Below are positions 9,736-24,396 of a DNA stretch of 64,000 nt, one piece after another. The stretch covers positions 2,852,001 to 2,916,000 of the forward strand of contig NC_043024.1 of assembly GCF_006345805.1 (NCBI RefSeq), in the 5' to 3' direction. The position numbers and the translations under genes are program-made. Below the pieces are notes generated by a model. The model did no database searches. It had not been told where the DNA came from and saw only the letters and a list, made by a program, of their open reading frames with translations. Numbering within the stretch: the first letter of the stretch is position 1; each line of letters opens with the position of its first letter. This DNA is from Octopus sinensis. Taxonomy: Eukaryota.

Positions 9736-10237
9736 GACATCAAAACTAAGGTGTAAAATGTTATCCTTGTACCATGACTTCTTCTTTTCGACCAAGTCTC
9801 TCAAAAATCATTATTTAACTGGACACAAATTTATACACACAGAAGAGGAACCTTTTATTATAAATGAAGTGTGTAATATTCTGTGTGAATTGCCACGATT
9901 GTTTGTCATCACCTTTCTAAGGGCCAAAATCTTAAATGGTAACCTCATCAACCTTTGTGAATATTTATAATGTGAAATCTAAATAAAGCTGTTTTACTCT
10001 TTAAGTATTCTTCTGTCATATTGTATGTCCAACATCTAAAACCAAGACTTGTATTGACCCAATCATAAACTAGACAATTCACAGACCCAATGAGTATGAG
10101 ATAAAAGGTTAACTCCACCATGCTTAGCTTTATAAGCTGTTCATTTCCATGTTCCAGCCCTTCTCAGCCCTCTTTTATCCATCCATCATAGCGTTATGGG
10201 CCATTGCAGGGGAGACAAATTAGGCAATAGCAGACAG

Positions 10238-10975
10238 GTACTTTCATTTTGCCGGTGAATGAAAGAAAGGGAATTTTGATTTTATATATATAGACAAAGC
10301 ATAATAGCTTCCTTTGAACAATTTACTTCCATTTTGCTGGACAAACAAACAAACAGACAGAATTTCTCTTTTATATACATAGACTAGCAGCAATACCCAT
10401 CGTTGATCGAGTAATTACTTTCACTGTTTCTCAGGAGCTACATTCTAAGTATTATGATATACATAATTTGGTTGAGTTTATTTTTGTGCATAGCCAGAGT
10501 AAAATACAGGCATAAGGTAATCCCCTTTTCTGTCATTCCACTGTATACATAAAACAGTGAACTTACCCGAGGATATATGATTTAGAAAAGAGGTGCATCA
10601 TCATATTATTTTATTTTAAGTGAAAAACCCATGCTATGAGATCTTGTCTATGGTGTGCCTGTTGATGAAGAAAGAGTTTCTTTTGTATTTCAGGCCATTT
10701 TGGGTCACATGTAAAAGTTATAATAAATATATCTGGTCTACCATAATTTCGTACATATGCCACGGCATCTTGTGTTCTTTCATGCATATAGTAGGGGTGG
10801 GGTCCACTTGTGAAGCTCAATGGAAGGATGCACAATTGCCCCAGATTATTTCCATACCCATCATTATTTATGCTGTCCCCTAAGCGAATATATGAAGCAA
10901 CCTGGAGCTGTTTTTGGTGTGTTCTTACATAGGTGAATCTTTGATTCAATTTTGCCGTACATGTCAACAAAAAAT
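10238..10975 (-). mobile_element. Helitron 5'-end segments + CTAG|TC junction + Rep relic
   Basis: Reverse complement of 2618-3352; junction gactag at 10382-10387. Confidence 0.8.
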
Positions 10976-11541
10976 TCATCAACATCATCATCGTTTAACG
11001 TCCGTTTTCCGCGCTAGTACGGGTTGGACGGTTCGACCGGGGTCTGGGAATCCAGGACGCTGCAACAGTGGCACTTCACACATTTCTCCTCATCCATCCA
11101 CAGTACATGACCATACCAGCGCAAACGTCGCTCTTGCACACCACATCTGATGCTTCTTATGTCCAGCATTTCTCTCAGGGCGCTTACACTCTGTCGTGCA
11201 TGCACACTGACATTACACGTCCAGTGGATCATGTTAGCTTCATTTCTTTCAAGTCTACCCATGTCCTCTGCAGTCACAGCCTATGTTTCACTACTGTGAA
11301 GCATTGCAATTCGTATTCTGGTGGTGACACTCTCTGAGATTTCAGCATCCACCCCAACTACTAACTTGGTCACCTAGGTAGCAGAGACTATCAACTACTT
11401 CTAGTTTCTCCCCCTGGAGTGTGATGGAATCTGTTTTCTGAATATCTCTGGTGTCTATTGTCCCTGTGCATTTGCTGCACCTGAAAGCTATCTTCTCAGT
11501 TAATTTTCCTTTGATGTTGCTGCACCTCTTATGTGTCCATA
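10976..11541 (-). mobile_element. RTE LINE 3' fragment
   Basis: Copy of 1964-2617 (RRLRWYGHV) with an internal deletion. Confidence 0.85.
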
Positions 11542-11822
11542 GCTTACACTAGGTACATCTTATCAATTCCTACTTACTGGCATAGGTCAAACGGTTTGAC
11601 TGGAACTGGTAAGCCAGAGAGCTTCACCAAGTTCCAATCTGATTTGGCACGGCTTCCACGGTTGGATGTCCTTCCTAACGCCAACCAATCCAAGAGTGTA
11701 ATGGATGCTTTTAGCGTGTCATGTGCACGGGTGCCAGTTACGTGACACCAGCATCGACCACAACTACGAATTCACTTTGATTGACGAGACTTCTCAACAT
11801 GATAATAATGAGGATGAAGAAG

Positions 11823-12251
11823 AATTATCAGATCTTCTCACTTTGACCGGCAGATTTTTAAAATAATTTCTTTGTAACTAAACACTTTTAAACTTCGTAT
11901 ACTTGTAGAATGTGTTTATAAACATCTTTTTCTTTTGGATTTCTTGAGAAAATTCTGTAGTTTGTATGCTATTTCTTGTTTAATTTCTCACCGGACGTAG
12001 TTGTAGAACTTGTTGACAAACAACAGCAGTAATTGTATTCACCTCAATAGACGTCATTGATTGGTTGAAATTGCCAAAATCCGATAAATTTAGCAAGAAA
12101 TAGCTTACAAACTACAGAATTTTCTCAAGAAAGCTGAGAGAAAAAGATGTTTTATGTAACACATTCTACCAGTATACTAAGTTTAAAAGTGTTTAGTTAC
12201 AAAGAAAATATTTTTAAAATCTGTCGGTCAAAGCGAAAAGATCCGAATTAT
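11823..12251. mobile_element. ~430-bp long-TIR MITE
   Basis: Copy of 1253-1681. Confidence 0.8.
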
Positions 12252-12383
12252 GAAATGAACTATATAAAGTACCCCAGGACTTATTTAAATGAAGGCTGAT
12301 GTTGGAAAATAGAATCGTGTGCATGTATGTAAGCTTAACAGACATTCACAAGCGAGTATGACTTGAGAGCTTAGATGATGCTT

Positions 12384-12555
12384 TCGACCCCGAAAGGATG
12401 AAAGATAAAGTCGACCTCGGCGGAATTTGAACTCAGAACGTAGCATCAGACGAAATACTGCCGGGTGAAATGCTCAGCAGTATTTCGTCTGATGCTACGT
12501 TCTGAGTTCAAATTCTGCCGACGTCGACTTTACCTTTCATCCTTTCGGGGGTCGA
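12384..12555. repeat. Fold-back SINE-A hairpin
   Basis: tcgaccccgaaagg...aaatactgc / 15-nt loop / gcagtattt...cctttcgggggtcga, with a few mismatches. Confidence 0.92.
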
Positions 12556-13722
12556 TTAAATAAGTACCAGTTACGCACTGCGGTCGACGTAATCGACTTA
12601 ATCCGTCTGTCTGTCCTCTCTGTGCCCCTTGTGGGCAATAAAAAAAAAATAGATGCCTTCGACTCGGAGAGGAATAGGCCCCGCCAGGTTTAAAATGCCT
12701 AATACATGCTGGTTTTTTCGCAACAGCCTCAACAAGAGTTGAAGAAGCAAAGCAAAGCGAAGAAAAAGAGTTACTTCCCCTGGCAATTGTTTAAGACCTT
12801 TAAAAATGGTCGCACCTGCTCCTGTTTAATTACCCATCCTTTTAACGGACACAATTGAACTTATAGGACTGATAATCAACCGTGTAAACGTATACAAACA
12901 GCATTCTTTTATTATGTAGATTTCAAAAAATATAAACCAACGTTTGTTGTAAAAACCTAGAAATTCTTTCGAAGCTGTTATTGTCCGCTCTGACTTCAGT
13001 TCCGTCACATCTTCCCCGTTGACTCTCTATATTAATATGTAAGTATTATATACACACAAGCATTTCTATTGTATACATGTCATAAGCACGTATGTTTATT
13101 TTGAAGCTTATTTTGATGATAAACGTTACTGAAGCTATAATTCCGCCGAGGTCGACTTTGCCTTTCATCTTTTCGGGGTCGATAGATTAAGTACCAGTTA
13201 CGCACTGGGGTCGATACAATCGACGTAATCCCTTTGTCTGTCCTTGTTTGTCCCCTCTGTGTTTAGCCCCTTGTGGGCAACAAAGAAATAGGTAGTTGTC
13301 TTATTGCTTTCAATGTTTCGTTCTCCCTTTGAAGCTCCACTCTAATTTTTGATATTCCCTAAATCTTAATATCAAATACCAACAGAAAGAGGAAGTTTAT
13401 GGTGGTCCTTCGGTATAGGTACCGTAAGCACCAGATGAGGCTTTGTTTACATTTCTGAAGATAACAGAAACCCTTATCTCCTACCCCTAATCCCCCATAT
13501 ATAAAGAAAAACACTTTCTTGAACTGTATCCGGTACTTATACCTCTTTCTTTTCTATCCACAATCGGCTAAACACAAGGGGACAAACAAGGACAGACATA
13601 GGTATTAAGTCGATTAGATCGACCCCAGTGCATAACTGGTACTGTAATTTATCGACACCGAAAGGATGAAAGGCAACGTCGACCTCGGCGGAATTTGAAC
13701 TCACAACGTAACGACAAAGCCG

Positions 13723-14098
<376 letters not shown>

Positions 14099-15042
14099 GT
14101 TGTCCTACGTCCCCTGTAAAGATAACAGCGTCACCCTTTTGCAATACCCTTAAAACCAAGCACTTTACAGCACCAGCCCCGCCACCCCACACACGAATTC
14201 ACAAAAGAATTGTGAAAACCAGATCCATAAATACGAAGCACGTGGTTAAAGGAAAAACGAAATGTTTCTCTAATTTCAACCAATCAGATCCATCCATTCC
14301 CGACACTGCGGACACCGTCGCAACCGTTTCCTCTTCTTAATTTCCCCAACGTCAATATTTGCATTGCTTTTTTGATGTGGAAACCGAAGTGAAGCCCACT
14401 TGATCGAACCCACACTCGAAAGTGTCTGAACCGTGACCACCCTGTCGCGTTTTTAGCTGCTATTTCCAGCAGTTCCCTTACTGGTTCGTATATATTTTTA
14501 TGTTCTGTTGTTGTTCTTGTTGCTGTTTAACCCCAGGTCGACTCATAGCAGGACTTTCATCGTAGATCTTCCTGCTGTGACTAGGAACGTGTTCAGAGTG
14601 GGATCCCTACGATTTTGCTAATTCGAAGCAAAATAATGAAGAGGGTACCATGAAATCTAAGGTTGCAAAGTTTAAAAAGCCGTCGATAAATTCAAAAGGA
14701 CTCAGTTAAAACGAATGGCTTTTTAAATCTAAAAGGTCCCATTATATTAAAAGAAGGTTGAATAATTTTAAAGGAACCTTTGAATTAAAAAAATTGCCAG
14801 GTTTAAAAAAAAATACAAATTATTTTGCTGTAAACATGGTTCGGGGTTCAGTTCCAGTGCGGAGCACCTTGGGCAAATGTCTTCTGCTATAGCCCCGGGC
14901 CGACCAAAGCTTGTGAGTGGATATGGTGGACAAAAACTGAAAGAAGCCCGTTGTATATAAATATGTGTGTGTGTCCAGTTACTGCTTGGCAACCGGTGTT
15001 GTGTTTACATCTCCGTAACGTAGCTTTTCAGGAAAACGCGTA

Positions 15043-15213
15043 GGAGTGGCTGTGTGGTAAGTAGCTTGCTTACCAACCACATGGTTCCGGGTTCAATCCC
15101 ACCTAGTGACACCTTGGGCAAGTGTCTTCTAGTCTAGCCTCAGCCCGACTAAAGCCTTGTGAGTGGATTTGGTAGATGGAAACTGAAAGAAGCCCGTCGT
15201 ATATATATATATA

Positions 15214-15256
<43 letters not shown>

Positions 15257-15456
15257 GTGTGTGTCTGTGTTTGTCCCCCAACATCACTTGAAAACCGATG
15301 CTGGCGTGTTTACGTCCCCGTAACCTAGCGGTTCGGCAAAAGGAACAGATAGAATAAGTACTAGGCTTACATAGGATAAGCCCTGGTGTAGATATGCTCG
15401 ACTAAAGGCGGTGCTCCAGCATGGCCACAGTCAAATGACTGAAACAAGTAAAAGAG
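15043..15456 (+). mobile_element. Full-length SINE-B in the putative intron
   Basis: A-box-like tggctgtgtggt, B-box ggttcaatccc, ccttgggcaagtg, internal (TA)n, tail ...gactgaaacaagtaaaagag. Confidence 0.8.
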
Positions 15457-16194
15457 TATCTATAATTTATCTGTACAGAAATGTAGGAAATATTCGCTGT
15501 TGCCATTTCTACGGTTTAAATGTATTCTCTATCTTATATTATTTCTGTTGTTTCAGAATAATGGAATAATAGAATTGTTACAACAGAAACATCACCAGAA
15601 TATATTCCTCATCTTTTAAAGGCTAAAGGAAGGAATTTTTATACAGAATTGATATAACCTCGTTTAATATGAAGCTGAGGTGAAATATTTCCTCTTGGGT
15701 GAGATTATAAACAAGACTTCTCTGTGTTTGCTCTCTGGAACCTGTACGAGATAATCTTGCATTCTAAATAGACTTGGATTCAATTTACAAATGAGATTGC
15801 AACGTTTCCAAATTACAGCAGAGATTACAGTTGATGGAAACGTAGCTGAAGGAATATTTGTCAGGAATGATTTATAACAACTAAAGTAGAAGATATATAT
15901 TTTGGTGAAAGAAGAAAAACTATTGAAGTTTTCATGATGCAGAGAAGATAAAGGATTGATTTTTTTTTTCCCCTGAAGAGTTGTCAAATAAGTGATGGAA
16001 ATTATGTGACTGCAATATCTGTAAAAATATCAGTGTCTCAGAGAAAGCATATTCATACAGAGGAACACCTTTATCACTGTGATATCTGTAGAAGCTTAAA
16101 GACCTAGAAACCTATTCATACAGGAAAGAAATATCCATCAGTGTGATACGTGTGGTAAATCATTCTTGCAAATCCATCGTTTAACTGTTTACAA

Positions 16195-18312
16195 ATGTAT
16201 TATACAGGAAAGAAATCATATCAATGTGATATCTGTGGCAAATCATTCTCTCAAACATCTAGTTTGACTAATCACAAACATATTCATACAGGGGAGAAAC
16301 CATATCAGTGTGATATTTGTGGTAAATCTTTCTCTCATAATAGTAATGTAACTAAACATAAACGTATTCATACGGGGAAGAAACCATATCAGTGTGATGT
16401 CTGTGGTAAATCTTTCTCTCACACTCGTGATGTAACTAAACATAAACGTATTCATACAGGAGAGAAACCATATCAGTGTGGTACCTGTGGCCAATCATTC
16501 TCTCAAAATCATCATTTAATGAATCACAAACGTATTCATACAGGAGAAAAACCATATCAATGTGATATATGTGGCAAATCATTCTCTCGAACATCTAGTT
16601 TGACTGATCACAAACGTATTCATACAGGTGAGAAACCATATCAATGTGATATCTGTGGTAAATCATTCTCTCGTAATCAACACTTAACTACTCACAAATA
16701 CATTCATACAGGAGAGAAACCATATCAGTGTGATATTTGTGGTAAATCATTCTCTGGAAATCACCACTTAACTGCTCACAAATACATTCATACCGGAGAG
16801 AAACCATATCAGTGTGATGTCTGTGGTAAATCATTCTCTCATACTAGTAATGTAACTCAACATAAACGTATTCATACAGGTGAGAAACCATATCAGTGTG
16901 ATATCTGTGGAGAATCATTCACTCAGAATCAACACTTAACTACTCACAAATACATTCACACAGGAGAGAAACCATATCATTGTGATATCTGTGGTAAATC
17001 ATTCTCTGGAAATCACCACTTAACTGCTCACAAATACATTCATACAGGAGAGAAACCATATCAGTGTGATATCTGTGGTAAATCATTTTCTGGAAATCAC
17101 CACTTAACTGCTCACAAATACATTCATACAGGTGAGAAACCATATCAGTGTGATATCTGTGGTAAATCTTTCTTTCAAAGCGGTAATTTAATTAAACATA
17201 AACGTATTCATACAGGAGAAAAACCATATCAGTGTGATATTTGTGGTAAATCTTTCACTCACACTAGTGATGTAACTAAACATAAACGTATTCATACAGG
17301 TGAGAAACCATATCAGTGTGATATCTGTGGTAAATCTTTCTCTCATAGCTATAGCCTAACTACACATATACGTATTCATACAGGGGAGAAACCATATCAG
17401 TGTGATATTTGTGGTAAATCTTTCCCTCATACTAGTGATGTAACTAAACATAAACGTATTCATACAGGTGAGAAACCATATCAGTGTGATATTTGTGGTA
17501 AATCTTTCTCTCATACTAGTGATATAACTAAACATAAACGTATTCATACAGGTGAAAAACCATATAAGTGTGATATTTGTGGTAAATCTTTCCCTCATAG
17601 CGGTAACTTAAATAAACATAAACGTATTCATACAGGGGAGAAAATATATCACTGTGAAATCTGTGGTAAATCATTTCCTCAGAACCATCACTCATCTAAT
17701 CACAAACGTATTCATACAGGTGAGAAACCATATCAGTGTGATATCTGTGGTAAATCTTTCTCTCAAGATATTCATGTAACTAAACATAAACGTATTCATA
17801 CAGGTGAGAAACCATATCAGTGTGATATCTGTGGTAAATCTTTCTCTCATAATAGTGAAGTAACTAAACATAAACGTATTCATACAGGGGAGAAACCATA
17901 TCAGTGTGATATCTGTGGTAAATCTTTCTCTGAAGATATTCATGTAACTAAACATAAACGTATTCATACAGGGGAGAAACCATATCAGTGTGATATTTGT
18001 GGTAAATCTTTCTCTGATAATAGTGATGTAACTAAACATAAACGTAGTCATACAGGGGAGAAACCATACCAGTGTGATATTTGTGGTAAATCTTTCTCTC
18101 ATAGCGGTAGCTTAACTAAACATAACCGTATTCATACAGGGGAGAAACCATATCAGTGTGATATCTGTGGTAAATCATTCTCTGACACTAGTGCTGTAAC
18201 TAGACATAAACGTATTCATACAGGGGAGAAACCATATCAGTGTGATGTCTGTGGAGAATCATTCACTCAAAATCAAAACCTAACTAGTCACAACCGTATT
18301 CATACAGGATAG
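16195..18312 (+). CDS. Poly-C2H2 zinc-finger protein ZNF2 (25 fingers)
   Basis: 705 aa, all repeats with intact C-x2-C and H-x3-H; ends at the linker TAG. Confidence 0.88.
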   Translation: MYYTGKKSYQCDICGKSFSQTSSLTNHKHIHTGEKPYQCDICGKSFSHNSNVTKHKRIHTGKKPYQCDVCGKSFSHTRDVTKHKRIHTGEKPYQCGTCGQSFSQNHHLMNHKRIHTGEKPYQCDICGKSFSRTSSLTDHKRIHTGEKPYQCDICGKSFSRNQHLTTHKYIHTGEKPYQCDICGKSFSGNHHLTAHKYIHTGEKPYQCDVCGKSFSHTSNVTQHKRIHTGEKPYQCDICGESFTQNQHLTTHKYIHTGEKPYHCDICGKSFSGNHHLTAHKYIHTGEKPYQCDICGKSFSGNHHLTAHKYIHTGEKPYQCDICGKSFFQSGNLIKHKRIHTGEKPYQCDICGKSFTHTSDVTKHKRIHTGEKPYQCDICGKSFSHSYSLTTHIRIHTGEKPYQCDICGKSFPHTSDVTKHKRIHTGEKPYQCDICGKSFSHTSDITKHKRIHTGEKPYKCDICGKSFPHSGNLNKHKRIHTGEKIYHCEICGKSFPQNHHSSNHKRIHTGEKPYQCDICGKSFSQDIHVTKHKRIHTGEKPYQCDICGKSFSHNSEVTKHKRIHTGEKPYQCDICGKSFSEDIHVTKHKRIHTGEKPYQCDICGKSFSDNSDVTKHKRSHTGEKPYQCDICGKSFSHSGSLTKHNRIHTGEKPYQCDICGKSFSDTSAVTRHKRIHTGEKPYQCDVCGESFTQNQNLTSHNRIHTG

Positions 18313-19320
18313 AAACCATATCACTGTGATATCTGCGGCAGATCATTTCCTCAGAATCATCACTTATCTAATCACAAATGCGTCCATATGGAGGAAAAGT
18401 AAAGTCAACGTGATATCTGCGGAGAATCATTCTCTCAAAGTGCGGAGTCTATTTCCCATAAATGCATCCATCCAGCATCGAAACTACATCACTATATTAT
18501 CTCTAGTAAATCATTCTCCCAAATCATCTTCTGTCTTATGATAATAAGTTTATTGTATACTGTGCTCATTGGAAAAAGTTAAATGAAGAAATAGAAAGAA
18601 GACATATAGTTGTGAAATAAAGACAGTAGGGAAAGCTTAAAGTAGATGCACTGTACACAATAAAACACAAAATGTCCCCAGAAATGTATGCTAGGATAGA
18701 ACCACAAAGAGGAAAGAGAGCATAGGAACATCAGGGGTTGTGATGACGTATTTGGGGAAACCTGAAAGTTTTGATGGTTGCAGTCAACGTATAGTTTATT
18801 CCCCGCTTCACTAATTGTGCATATGAAAGATTATCTCTGAAAGCCATGGGTGCTGCACTGTTTTTGTTTTTTTTTAATTTTATAAGCATGTCCATGGCTA
18901 GTTGAGGTATGGACTTCAAAAAAGTGACCAAAGTTGCTGGAAAGATGGGAGATAGTCATGCAAACTTCAATCAAATCAGACATTTGACATCAAAACTAAG
19001 GTGTAAAATGTTGTCCTTGTACCATGACTTCTTCTTTTCAACCAAGTCTCTCAAAAATCATTATTTAACTGGACACAAATGTATACACACAGAAGAGGAA
19101 CCTTTGTTATAAATGAAGTGTGTAATATTCTGTGTGAATTGCCACGATTGTTTGTCATCACCTTTGTAAGGGCCAAAATCTTGAATGGTAACCTCATCAA
19201 CCTTTGTGAATATTTATAATGTGAAATCTAAATATAGCTGTTTTACACTTTAAGTATTCTTCTGTCATTTTGTATGTCCAACATCTAAAACCAAGACTTG
19301 TAAAACCTGTCCAACATCTA

Positions 19321-20535
19321 CAACCTGGAGCTGTTTTTGGTTTGTTCTTACATAGGTGAGTCTTTGATTCAATCTTGGCGTACATGTCAACAAAAAATTC
19401 ATCAACATCATCATCGTTTAACGTCCGTTTTCCGTGCTAGCATGGTTAGGATGGTTCCACCGGGGTCTGGGAAGCCAGGACGCTGGAACAGTGCCTCTTC
19501 ACACATTTCTCCTCATCCATCCACAGTACATGACCATACCAGTGCAAATGTCGCTCTTGCACATCACATCTGATGCTTCCTATGTCCAGCATTTCTCTCA
19601 GGGTGCTTACACTCTGTCATGTGTGCACACTGACATTACACATCCAGCAGATCATGTTAGCTTCATTTCTTTCAAGTCTACGCATGTCCTCTGCAGTCAC
19701 AGCCCATGTTTCACTACTGTGAAGCATGGCAATTCGCACACATGCATCATACAATCTAACTTTCACTCTGAGCGAGAGACCCTTTGCCACCAGTAGGGGT
19801 CGGAGCTTTCTAAACTTTGCCCATGCTATTCGTATTCTAGTGGTGACTCTCTCTAAGCATCCACCCCCACTACTAACGTGGTCACCCAGGTATCGGAAAC
19901 TATCAACTACTTCTAGTTTCTCCCCCTGGAGTGTGATGGAATCTGTTATCAATTCCTACTTGCTGGCGTAGGTCAAACAGTTTGACTGGAACTGGTAAGC
20001 CAGAGAGCTTCACCAAGTTCCAATCTGATTTGGCACGGCTTCTACGGTTGGATGTCCTTCCTAACGCCAACCAGTCCAAGAGTGTAATGGATGCTTTTAG
20101 CGTGTCACCTGCACGGGTGCCAGTTGCGTGACACCAGTATCGACCACAACTACGAATTCACTTTGCTTGACGAGTCTTCTCAACATGATAATAATGAGGA
20201 TGAAGTAGAATTATCAGATCTTCTCACTTTGACCGGCAGATTTTTAAAATAATTTCTTTGTAACTAAACACTTTTAAACTTCGTATACTGGTAGAATGTG
20301 TTTATAAAACATCTTTTTCTCTTGGATTTCTTGAGAAAATTCTGTAGTTTGTATGCTATTTCTTGTTTAATTTCTCACCGGACGTTGTTGTTTAACTTGT
20401 TGACAAACAACAGCAGTAATTGTATTCACCTCAATAGACGTCTTTGATTGGTTGAAATTGCCAAATAGCTTACAAACTACAGAATTTTATCAAGAAAGCC
20501 GAGAGGAAAAGATGTTTTATAAACACATTCTACCA
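19321..20535 (-). repeat. Extra truncated copy of the Helitron/RTE/MITE block (internal duplication in unit 2)
   Basis: RTE ORF 19617-19952; MITE 20209-20535 truncated and joined to atcacaaactagacaattcacag at 20536. Confidence 0.8.
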
Positions 20536-20857
20536 ATCACAAACTAGACAATTCACAGACCCAATGAGTATGAGATAAAAGGTTAACTCCACCATGCTTA
20601 GCTTTATAAGCTGTTCATTTCCATGTTCCAGCCCTTCTCAGCCCTCTTTTATCCATCCATCATAGTGTTATGGGCTATTGCAGGGGAGACAAATTAGGCA
20701 ATAGCAGACAGGTACTTTCATTTTGCCGGTGAAAGAAAGAAAGGGAATTTTGATTTTATATATATAGACAAAGCATAATAGCTTCCTTTGAACAATTTAC
20801 TTCCATTTTGCTGGACAAACATACAGACAGACAGAATTTCTCTTTTATATATATAGA

Positions 20858-21445
20858 CTAGCAGCAATACCCATCGTTGATCGAGTAATTGCTTTCACTG
20901 TTTCTCAGGAGCTACATTCTAAGTATTATGATATACATAATTTGGTTGAGTTTATTTTTGTGCATATCCAGAGTAAAATACTGGCATGAGGTAATCCCCT
21001 TTTCTGTCATTCCACTATATTCATAAAACAGAGAACTTCCCCAAGGATATATGATTTAGAAAAGAGGTGCATCATCATATTATTTTATTTTAAGTTAAAA
21101 GCCCAGGCTATGAGATCTTGTCTATGGTGTGCCTGTTGATGAAGAAAGAGTTTCTTTTTTCAGGCCATTTTGGGTCACATGTAAAAGTTATAATAAATAT
21201 ATCTGGTCTACCATAATTTCGTACATATGTCACAACATCTTGTGTTCTTTCATGCAAATAGTAGGGGTGGGGTCCATATGTGAAGCTCAATGGAAGGATG
21301 CACAATTGCCCCAGATTATTTCCATACCCATCATTATTTATGCTGTCCCCTAAGCGAATATATGAAGCAACCTGGAGCTGTTTTTGGTGTGTTCTTACAT
21401 AGGTGAGTCTTTGATTCAATTTTGGCGTACATGTCAAAAAAAAAT
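20858..21445 (-). mobile_element. Helitron Rep relic with 3' CTAG
   Basis: YGRPDIFIITFTCDPKWPE; junction gactag at 20856-20861. Confidence 0.8.
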
Positions 21446-22100
21446 TCATCAATATCATCATCGTTTAACGTCCGTTTTCCGTGCTAGTACGGGTTGGACG
21501 TTTCGACCGGGGTCTGGGAAGCCAGGACGCTGCAACAGTGGCACTTCACACATTTCTCCTCATCCATCTGCAGTACATGACCATACCAGCGCAAACGTCG
21601 CTCTTGCACACCACATCTGATGCTTCTTATGTCCAGCATTTCTCTCAGGGCGCTTACACTCCGTCATATGTGCACACTGACATTACACATCCAGCGGATC
21701 ATGTTAGCTTCATTTCTTTCAAGTTTACACATGTCCTCTGCAGTCACAACCCACTTTTCACTACCGTGAAGCATGGCTATACACACGCATGCATCATACA
21801 ATCTAACTTTCACTCTTAGCAAGAGACCCATTTCCACCAGTAGGGGTAGGAGCTTTCTAAACTTTGCCCAGGCTATTCGTATTCTAGTGGTGACACTCTC
21901 TGAGCATCCACCCTCACTACTAACTTGGTTACCTAGGTAGCAGAGACTATCAACTACTTCTGGTTTCTCCCCCTGGAGTGTGATGGAATCTGTTTTCTGA
22001 GTATCTGTGGTGTCTATTGTCCCTGTGCATTTGCCGCACATGAAAGCTATCTTCTCAGTTAATTTTCCTTTGATGTTGCTTCACCTCTTATGTGTCCATA
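21446..22100 (-). mobile_element. RTE LINE 3' fragment
   Basis: ORF 21664-22041, RIRIAWAKFRKLLPLL. Confidence 0.85.
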
Positions 22101-22381
22101 GCTTACACTGGGTACATCTTATCAATTCCTACTTGCTGGCATAGGTCAAACGGTTTGACTGAAACTGGTAAGCCAGAGAGCTTCACCAAGTTCCAATCTG
22201 ATTTGGCACGGCTTCTACGGTTGGATGTCCTTCCTAACACCAACCAGTCCAAGAGTGTAATGGATGTTTTTAGCGTGTCACCTGCACGGGTGCCAGTTGC
22301 GTGACACCAGCATCGACCACAACTACGAATTCACTTTGCTTGACGAGTCTTCTCAACATGATAATAATGAGGATGAAGAAG

Positions 22382-22810
22382 AATTATCAGATCTTCTCAC
22401 TTTGACCGGCAGATTTTTAAAATAATTTCTTTGTAACTAAACACTTTTAAACTTCGTATACTGGTAGAATGTGTTTATAAAACATCTTTTTCTCTTGGAT
22501 TTCTTGAGAAAATTCTGTAGGTTGTATGCTATTTCTTGTTTAATTTCTCACCGGACGTTGTTGTTGAACTTGTTGACAAACAACAGCAGTAATTGTATTC
22601 ATCTCAATATACGTCATTGATTGGTTGAAATTACCAAAATCCGAGAAATTTAACAAGAAATAGGTTTAAAACTTCAGAATTTTCTCAAGAAAGCCAAGAG
22701 AAAAAGATGTTTTATAAACACATTCTACCAGTATACTAAGTTTAAAAGTGTTTAGTTATAAAGAAATTATTTTAAAAATCTGTCCGTCAAAGCGAAAAGA
22801 TCCGAATTAT
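22382..22810. mobile_element. ~430-bp long-TIR MITE
   Basis: Copy of 1253-1681. Confidence 0.8.
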
Positions 22811-22942
22811 CAAATAAACTATATAAAGTACCCCAGGACTTATTTAAATGAAGGCTGATGCTGGAAAATAGAATCGTGTGCATGTATGTAAGCTTAACAG
22901 ACATTCACAAGCGAGTATGACTTGAGAGCTTACATGATGCTT

Positions 22943-23113
22943 TCGACCCCGAAAGGATGAAAGGTAAAGTCGACCTCGGCGGAATTTGAACTCAGAACGT
23001 AGCATCAGACGAAATATTGCCGGGCGAAATGCTCAGCAGTATTTCGTCTGATGCTACGTTCTGAGTTCAAATTCTGCCGACGTCGACTTTACCTTTCATC
23101 CTTTCGGGGTCGA
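22943..23113. repeat. Fold-back SINE-A hairpin
   Basis: As 12384-12555. Confidence 0.92.
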
Positions 23114-24298
23114 TTAAATAAGTACCAGTTACGCACTGCGCTCGACGTAATCGACTTAATCCGTCTGTCTGTCCATGTTTATCCTCTTTGTGTTTAGCCC
23201 CTTGTGGGCAATAAAAAAAAAATAGATGCTTTCGACTCGGCGAGGAATGGGCCCCGCGAGGTTTAAAATGCCTAATACATGCTGGTTTTTTCGCAACAGC
23301 CTCAACAAGAGTTGAAGAAGCAAAGCAAAGCGAAGAAAGAGAGTTACTTCCCCTGGCAATTAATTGTTTAAGACCTTTAAAAATGGTCGCACCTGCTCCT
23401 GTTTAATTACCCATCCTTTTAACGGACACAATTGAACTTATAGGACTGATAATCAACCGTGTAAACGTATACAAACAGCATTCTTTTATTATGTAGATTT
23501 CAAAAAATATAAACCAACGTTTGTTGTAAAACCTAGAAATTCTTTCGAAGCTGTTATTGTCCGCTCTGACTTCAGTTCCGTCACATCTTCCCCGTTGACT
23601 CTCTATATTAATATGTAAGTATTATATACACACAAGCATTTATATTGTATACATGTCATAAGCACGTATGTTTATTTTGAAGCTTATTTTGATGATAAAC
23701 GTTACTGAAGCTATAATTCCGCCGAGGTCGACTTTGCCTTTCATCCTTTCGGGGTCGATAGATTAAGTACCAGTTACGCACTGGGGTCGATACAATCGAC
23801 GTAATCCCTTTGTCTGTCCTTGTTTGTCCCCTCTGTGTTTAGCCCCTTGTGGGCAACAAAGAAATAGGTAGTTGTCTTATTGCTTTCAATGTTTCGTTCT
23901 CCCTTTGAAGCTCCACTCTAATTTTTGATATTCCCTAAATCTTAATATCAAATTCCAACAGAAAGAGGAAATTTATGGTGGTCCTTCGGTATAGGTACCG
24001 TAAGCACCAGATGAGGCTTTGTTTACATTTCTGAAGATAACAGAAACCCTTATCTCCTACCCCTAATCCCCCATATATAAAGAAAAACACTTTCTTGAAC
24101 TGTATCCGGTACTTATACCTCTTTCTTTTCTATCCACAATCGGCTAAACACAAGGGGACAAACAAGGACAGACATAGGTATTAAGTCGATTAGATCGACC
24201 CCAGTGCATAACTGGTACTGTAATTTATCGTCACCGAAAGGATGAAAGGCAACGTCGACCTCGGCGGAATTTGAACTCACAACGTAACGACAAAGCCG

Positions 24299-24346
24299 TA
24301 TATATATATATATATATATACACATATATATATATATGTATGTATG

Positions 24347-24378
<32 letters not shown>

Positions 24379-24396
24379 TATGTATGTATATATATA
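24299..24396. repeat. (TA)n microsatellite, ~100 bp
   Basis: Direct reading. Confidence 0.97.

Noticed and set aside
9295-11760. Antisense bias of TE relics suggesting a piRNA-cluster-like trap
   Set aside because: Only about four independent antisense insertions are replicated by duplication, and the Tx1 is sense; not statistically meaningful.
15043-15120. tRNA-like A/B boxes as tRNA genes
   Set aside because: No full cloverleaf or acceptor stem; these are SINE heads continuing into SINE bodies.
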